NCBI GenBank assembly: GCA_041742355.1
Contig: JBGSIV010000235.1
Coordinates: 1 to 10,987 of the forward strand
Source: Candidatus Zixiibacteriota bacterium
Lineage (GTDB): Bacteria; Zixibacteria; MSB-5A5; GN15; FEB-12
Direction: 5' to 3'
Length of the DNA: 10,987 bases
Below are positions 6,921-10,987 of this stretch, in pieces. The notes beneath the pieces are model-generated. The model searched no databases. It had not been told where the DNA came from and was given only the letters and a program-made list of their open reading frames with translations. The translations under genes and the position numbers were made by a program. Position 1 is the stretch's first letter. Every line of letters starts with the position of its first letter.

Positions 6921-7012
6921 AAGACCTCCCCGGAGTGATGGTTTCTGCAGGCGTATGATAGCTGCACGCCGTTTCCGGCGCCACTATTCACTCCCTGCAA
7001 GTCGGTTCCGAA

Positions 7013-8182
7013 CTACTGGGCGCTCTCGGCAAAACGGTCCAGAATGCGAATCAGCCGGTCAACATCCTCTTCATTGTTGAAAATGTGCACCGAAATCCGG
7101 ATCGAACCCTCCCGGTGCACGCAGACAATCTTGTTGCGGAAGAGCTCCCGGTGCACCTCGCGGTACCCGTCGCAGGTGAAAGTGAATATCGCCGAGCGGT
7201 GCTTCGGCTCCATCGATGACGTAATGCGGTAGAATCGGTTGCTCCGAATATACTCGGCCAAACGGTCGATCAATCCGTGAGTGTGGCGCTGGATAGTGCG
7301 CACCCCCAGCTCGCGGAACATCCCCACCGACTGGCGCATCCCGACCAGATTCAGCTCGACATAGTAGCCCAGCTCGAAACGGGAGACCGTCTCGGCAAAG
7401 TCGAGGTTGTACTTGAACAGGTCGCCGAATTTCTGCTTCCACTCGACACCCAGCCAGCTGGCAAAGGGGAGTTGCAGTTGATCGCGGATACTGTCGGCGA
7501 CATAGAAAAAGCCGCATCCCTGCGGCGCGAGGAGCCACTTCTGGCAACCGGTGGAGTAGATGTCGATCCCGAGCTTGCGGACATCGATCGGCTCCATACC
7601 GGTCCCCTGGATGCCGTCGACGACAAAGTACAGGCCGTGCTCGCGGCAAATCTCACCCAGCGCGGCAAGGTCGTTCTTGTAACCGTTGAAAAACTGCACC
7701 CACGAAACCGCGAGGACCTTTGAGCGTTTGGTGATCGCTTTGCGCAGGTTCTCGATATCGAACCGACGGTCTCTCGACGGCACGAACCTGAGCTTCAGGC
7801 CGCGCGTCTGCGCGGCGGCCCGGAAAGAGTAGATCACCGCCGGAAACTCGATATCGGAAACGAGGACCTCGTCCCCCTTGCGCAGCGGCAGACCGAACGC
7901 GGCGACATTGAGCCCGTAGCTGGTGTTGAGACCGATACCGATCTGCGACGGTTTGGCGCCGATCAGGGCGCCGTACTCCTTGCGGAGCAGCTCGCGGGTC
8001 GCAAAGATACCGGCCGTGCTGTCCTCCTGCGAACGGACACGGTCACCGATGCAATCGACCAGGGCCTTCTGAACCCGGGTCGAGTACGGACCGTAAGAGG
8101 CCGAGTTGAAGTAGACGAGATCCTTCGTGTGCGGAAACTCCGCGCGAATGGCGCGAAAGGCTGCGGTTTGCGTATCTGTCAT
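7013..8182 (-). CDS. Aminotransferase class V-fold PLP-dependent enzyme (cysteine desulfurase/C-S lyase-like), 389 aa
   Basis: YFNSASYGP, NTSYGLN, EFPA, VVDGIQG, Schiff-base lysine motif STGCQKWLLAPQGCG, RFELG, IRISVHIFN. Confidence 0.9.
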   Translation of the reverse strand: MTDTQTAAFRAIRAEFPHTKDLVYFNSASYGPYSTRVQKALVDCIGDRVRSQEDSTAGIFATRELLRKEYGALIGAKPSQIGIGLNTSYGLNVAAFGLPLRKGDEVLVSDIEFPAVIYSFRAAAQTRGLKLRFVPSRDRRFDIENLRKAITKRSKVLAVSWVQFFNGYKNDLAALGEICREHGLYFVVDGIQGTGMEPIDVRKLGIDIYSTGCQKWLLAPQGCGFFYVADSIRDQLQLPFASWLGVEWKQKFGDLFKYNLDFAETVSRFELGYYVELNLVGMRQSVGMFRELGVRTIQRHTHGLIDRLAEYIRSNRFYRITSSMEPKHRSAIFTFTCDGYREVHRELFRNKIVCVHREGSIRISVHIFNNEEDVDRLIRILDRFAESAQ

Positions 8183-8189
8183 GGCGTTC

Positions 8190-8609
8190 TCACAGGTTGT
8201 AGATAGAGCCGATGATTATCAGGCAACCCGTCAGCTTGAGGAGAAGGCCGACAAGGTAGTAGAGCACATAGGGCATCCAGAGCTTGACGCGCAGCGAGAG
8301 CCCCATGAGAGCGGGAACCGCGCCGAGCGTGAAGCCGATCAGGGCGAGCCCCACAGCCGGTCGCACCCCGGCCAGCGGCAGGACAATCGAAAAGTAACCG
8401 TACGCAAGCGTCGGTATCGCCACGAAAAACAACCCCTCCATCACCAGGCCGACTGTGAACGCGGCCGGTCCGGCCGGCTCAAGCTGCTCCGGCGGCACCC
8501 CTTTGGCTATATTGAGCCGTCGGCCGAGCCATTCATGCAAGAGCGTAACGACCAGCAGGAAAACACCGCCGGCCACAAGGCAGTAGAGCATTAGCGTGAC
8601 ATCGATCAT
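8190..8609 (-). CDS. Hypothetical integral membrane protein (about 4 TM), 139 aa
   Basis: ATG at 8609 overlaps the upstream SDR stop (ATGA). Four hydrophobic segments. Its stop is 7 nt before the PLP enzyme start. Confidence 0.8.
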   Translation of the reverse strand: MIDVTLMLYCLVAGGVFLLVVTLLHEWLGRRLNIAKGVPPEQLEPAGPAAFTVGLVMEGLFFVAIPTLAYGYFSIVLPLAGVRPAVGLALIGFTLGAVPALMGLSLRVKLWMPYVLYYLVGLLLKLTGCLIIIGSIYNL

Positions 8610-9601
8610 GCTAGCCATCCTTCCCGACGGTACCAGGCGAACGTCTCGCGGGCGCCCTCGAAAAACGGGATTTGCGAGCAGAAGCCGAAGGCCTCGCGCG
8701 CTTTCTGAGTGGAGATTTCCCACGACGCAAGCAGCTCGTTGGCCTTCTCGCGGGTGAGCATGGGTGTGGCGCCGACACAGCGGAACGCGAATTCCGAAAC
8801 GGCGCTGATAAACCGAAAGACCCCGCCCGGCAACCGCAACGGCAATCCGCGCTTGCCGGACGCCTCCCCGAGCATCGCAATCAGCTCGCGCATCGTGTAC
8901 GCACGGTCCTCGGCGATAAAGTAGGCCTCGCCGGAGCGGATCGGAGCCTCAAGCGCCAGCGCCACCGCGCGGCACAAATCATCGACATGAACCAGTTGGA
9001 TCTTACGCTCCGGGTCGCCGAAAATCGGCCGCAGGCCGCGGTTGACCGCCTGAAAAGCGCTGAAGATCTCCCTGTCCCCCGGACCGTACACACCGGCCGC
9101 CCGCAGCGAAACCACCTGCAACCGGTCGGCGTACGCACTCACCGCCTGTTCGCCGGCCAGCTTCGAACGTCCGTACGTCGTGAGCGGACGCGCCGGATCG
9201 GCCTCGGTCCGCGGACGGCCGCTTTCCGTCGGACCGGCGGCGGCCAGCGACGAAATATAGACCAGTCTGCGAATGGGACGATCCGAGGTAACGGCCGCCT
9301 CGCACACCCGCTGCGCCCCGGTAGCGTTGACCTCGTAGAATGTCTCCGCCCGTTTGGCTTTGACCACTCCGGCGTTGTGCACGACACAGTCGCAATCGGC
9401 CATCATCGCCGTCAACGCGTCAGGCCGGGTCAGATCGCCGTAGCGAAGTTCGACCTTCAGGTCTTTCAGCAACCCGAGGTCGGCCGTCCTGCGCACCCCG
9501 GCGATCACACGCCAACCCTGCTGCGACAGGACTCGGCACAGGCGCGAACCGACAAAACCGTTCGCGCCCGTGACAAGCACGGTCGAAATGCGTTCGCTCA
9601 T
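8606..9601 (-). CDS. NAD-dependent epimerase/dehydratase family, extended SDR, 331 aa
   Basis: VLVTGANGFVG, GDL, VVHNAG, VYISSLAA, catalytic YGRSK, VYGPGD, VHVDDL. Confidence 0.92.
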   Translation of the reverse strand: MSERISTVLVTGANGFVGSRLCRVLSQQGWRVIAGVRRTADLGLLKDLKVELRYGDLTRPDALTAMMADCDCVVHNAGVVKAKRAETFYEVNATGAQRVCEAAVTSDRPIRRLVYISSLAAAGPTESGRPRTEADPARPLTTYGRSKLAGEQAVSAYADRLQVVSLRAAGVYGPGDREIFSAFQAVNRGLRPIFGDPERKIQLVHVDDLCRAVALALEAPIRSGEAYFIAEDRAYTMRELIAMLGEASGKRGLPLRLPGGVFRFISAVSEFAFRCVGATPMLTREKANELLASWEISTQKAREAFGFCSQIPFFEGARETFAWYRREGWLA

Positions 9602-9607
9602 GGGACG

Positions 9608-9636
9608 AATGTAGGAAAATCACATGACGGGAACAA
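9608..9636 (-). promoter_or_regulatory. Putative promoter giving a leaderless mRNA for the SDR operon
   Basis: Minus strand TTGTTC (9636-9631), 17 nt, TACATT (9613-9608), 6 nt, ATG 9601. No Shine-Dalgarno sequence. Confidence 0.6.
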
Positions 9637-9764
9637 CAACCGTTTCATCGGCGGGGTCTCGATGTGTATAAGATGCGGATCGGCCACCCGTCTACCCGAG
9701 GCTCCTCTGGCCGATCCTCATTCGCAACTCCCGTCCCTTCACACAGGGACTACGAAACACGCTC

Positions 9765-9800
9765 AAAGACGCGGCGGTGCCAACCGCCGCGTCTTTTCTT
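9765..9800. terminator. Intrinsic terminator-like hairpin, possibly bidirectional
   Basis: AAAGACGCGGCGGT-GCCA-ACCGCCGCGTCTTT, a perfect 14-bp inverted repeat. TTTTCTT follows the GC stem on the plus strand, TTT on the minus strand. Confidence 0.7.
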
Positions 9801-9816
9801 CAGGGCCTTTCCTCCT

Positions 9817-9845
9817 GCAGGTCAGGCCGCTTCCGGCCTGACACC
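9817..9845 (+). repeat. REP-like palindrome related to 5437-5464
   Basis: GCAG + GTCAGGCCG-CTTC-CGGCCTGAC + ACC: a perfect 9-bp stem sharing GTCAGGC...GCCTGACACC with the 5437 element. Confidence 0.55.
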
Positions 9846-9903
9846 ATGTCGCTCGCATTCCAATTCGACGGCCTGATCAACAGGCAGAGCCGGCTCGGCG
9901 AAC

Positions 9904-10593
9904 TCAGAAGCGATAGCTTACCCCCGTCATCAAACGCGGCTCAACCTTCGGCTGGTTGATACTGTCGTCGGCGTCGTCGTAGCCATATCCATCCCGGGCG
10001 TTGGCGTCGTCACCGTCGGGGCTGTACGACGTATCGTGCCCGCTGAGTGTGGAGGAAACAAAGTAGTCGGCGCCGGCGCTCACGACGAGTTCAACCCGTC
10101 GGCTGACGGGGAACGAGGTCTCCATGCCGGCTCCGAATCCCCACTGACGGCTGATAACATCGAAATCCTCGTTGCCGCCGACAAAATTGAAGTTGGCCGT
10201 GAAACGGCTGTGCCGGGGCCCGACGAACACGAAACTGCGGTCGCCGTCCCAGAGCCGCACGGGATACAGGACGTCCAGGCGGAAATCCCAGAGCCGTCCG
10301 GCTTCTTCCGGCACACCGTTGGTGGCGTCGTTGATAAACACGCGCCGGGCATCGAGCGCTTTCCCCGGTTCGACTCCGGCACGCCCGATCCCGAATCGAA
10401 TATCGACAGGAAGTCCTCTGGCCAGGTCGGTGACCGTACCGGACGCGTGGAAGCCGGCTCCGCCATAGTACCCGAGAATCAGACTGCCGTAAAGGACTGG
10501 TCGATCAGGGCCGCCGCCATCAGGCGGTGTCGCCAGAACCGGTGGGGCGCTGGCGACAACAACGGCCAGCAGGGCCAGGATCAGGATTTTCAT
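9904..10593 (-). CDS. Putative outer-membrane beta-barrel protein (about 8 strands), 229 aa
   Basis: GGAGAGG upstream of ATG 10593, signal peptide MKILILALLAVVVASAPPVLA, amphipathic strands, C-terminal beta-signal TGVSYRF. Confidence 0.8.
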   Translation of the reverse strand: MKILILALLAVVVASAPPVLATPPDGGGPDRPVLYGSLILGYYGGAGFHASGTVTDLARGLPVDIRFGIGRAGVEPGKALDARRVFINDATNGVPEEAGRLWDFRLDVLYPVRLWDGDRSFVFVGPRHSRFTANFNFVGGNEDFDVISRQWGFGAGMETSFPVSRRVELVVSAGADYFVSSTLSGHDTSYSPDGDDANARDGYGYDDADDSINQPKVEPRLMTGVSYRF

Positions 10594-10865
10594 GACGACA
10601 TTCCTCTCCGATAGTGGTTCAGTTGGATGCTGACCGGGAACGCAGGTGCAGAGTGTACTTTGATCGTCCATGTTATCGACTTTGTACCATGCGGACTTGA
10701 GAACAATCTGCCGCTATGGCCGGTCTGCTGTGCAACCCATACGGGCATCAGATCTTATGACTTCGACGCAACTCCCGGTATTATCTTGACAGCCGGTCCG
10801 CCAGAATCGTTATGTTGCACCAAGACAAGAACCTGCATTCCAACACGCCTGCACCGGACCACATT

Positions 10866-10987
10866 GTGGACACAATCACAGTCGTCGTTTTTCTGTGCGT
10901 CTACCTCGGCATGATCCTCGGCCGCATCCCCGGCCTCGCCCTGGACCGCACCGGCGTGGCGCTCCTCGGCGCGATCACCCTCTTCGC
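10866..10987 (+). CDS. Partial CDS (5' end): ArsB/NhaD/SLC13-type anion permease
   Basis: Manual translation from GTG 10866: MDTITVVVFLCVYLGMILGRIPGLALDRTGVALLGAITLF... The LDRTGxALLGA motif is typical of the N-terminus of this permease group. The frame runs off the window. Confidence 0.75.
   Translation, partial: MDTITVVVFLCVYLGMILGRIPGLALDRTGVALLGAITLF

Noticed and set aside
9661..9673. GATGTGTATAAGA, a 13-nt match to the Tn5 mosaic end/Nextera adapter (AGATGTGTATAAGAGACAG)
   Set aside because: It lacks the GACAG end that would abut the insert in adapter carry-over, and there is no transposase or second end. Treated as chance; read mapping across the site would settle it.
8672..9841. 389-aa plus-strand ORF
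   Set aside because: Antisense shadow of the SDR gene, Arg-rich with no domain signature.
10594..10671. Upstream ATG start for the beta-barrel gene
   Set aside because: The signal peptide and a purine-rich RBS fit ATG 10593 better.
10786..10816. Promoter for the permease (perfect TTGACA at 10786-10791)
   Set aside because: The best -10 (TATGTT, 10811-10816) is 19 nt away. Plausible but too weak to call.

Overview
GC-rich bacterial genomic window from a probable diderm (beta-barrel-like exported proteins, a lipoprotein signal). It holds 12 complete and 2 partial CDSs. The centre is a plus-strand cluster (1908-6590): an SxtJ-like membrane peptide, a NodU/CmcH-family O-carbamoyltransferase, an SxtK/DUF5989-like single-TM peptide and two paralogous membrane-anchored SGNH proteins. 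This is an sxtJ-I-K-L-L-like module with no other saxitoxin genes in the window. The SxtK-like peptide ends in FIYSLF, matching the FIYxxF acyl-shuttle motif of DltX, which suggests a possible MBOAT-free carbamoyl relay for envelope modification. Flanking genes are two extended SDRs, a class-V PLP enzyme, small membrane proteins, two beta-barrel-like proteins and the start of an ArsB/NhaD/SLC13-type permease. Two intergenic regions (5253-5534, 9602-9903) are rich in REP-like hairpins, including a polar 14-nt tandem array that ends in an intact GTAG REP. Two genes have leaderless-type promoter geometry. All family calls come from motif recognition by eye; no searches were run.
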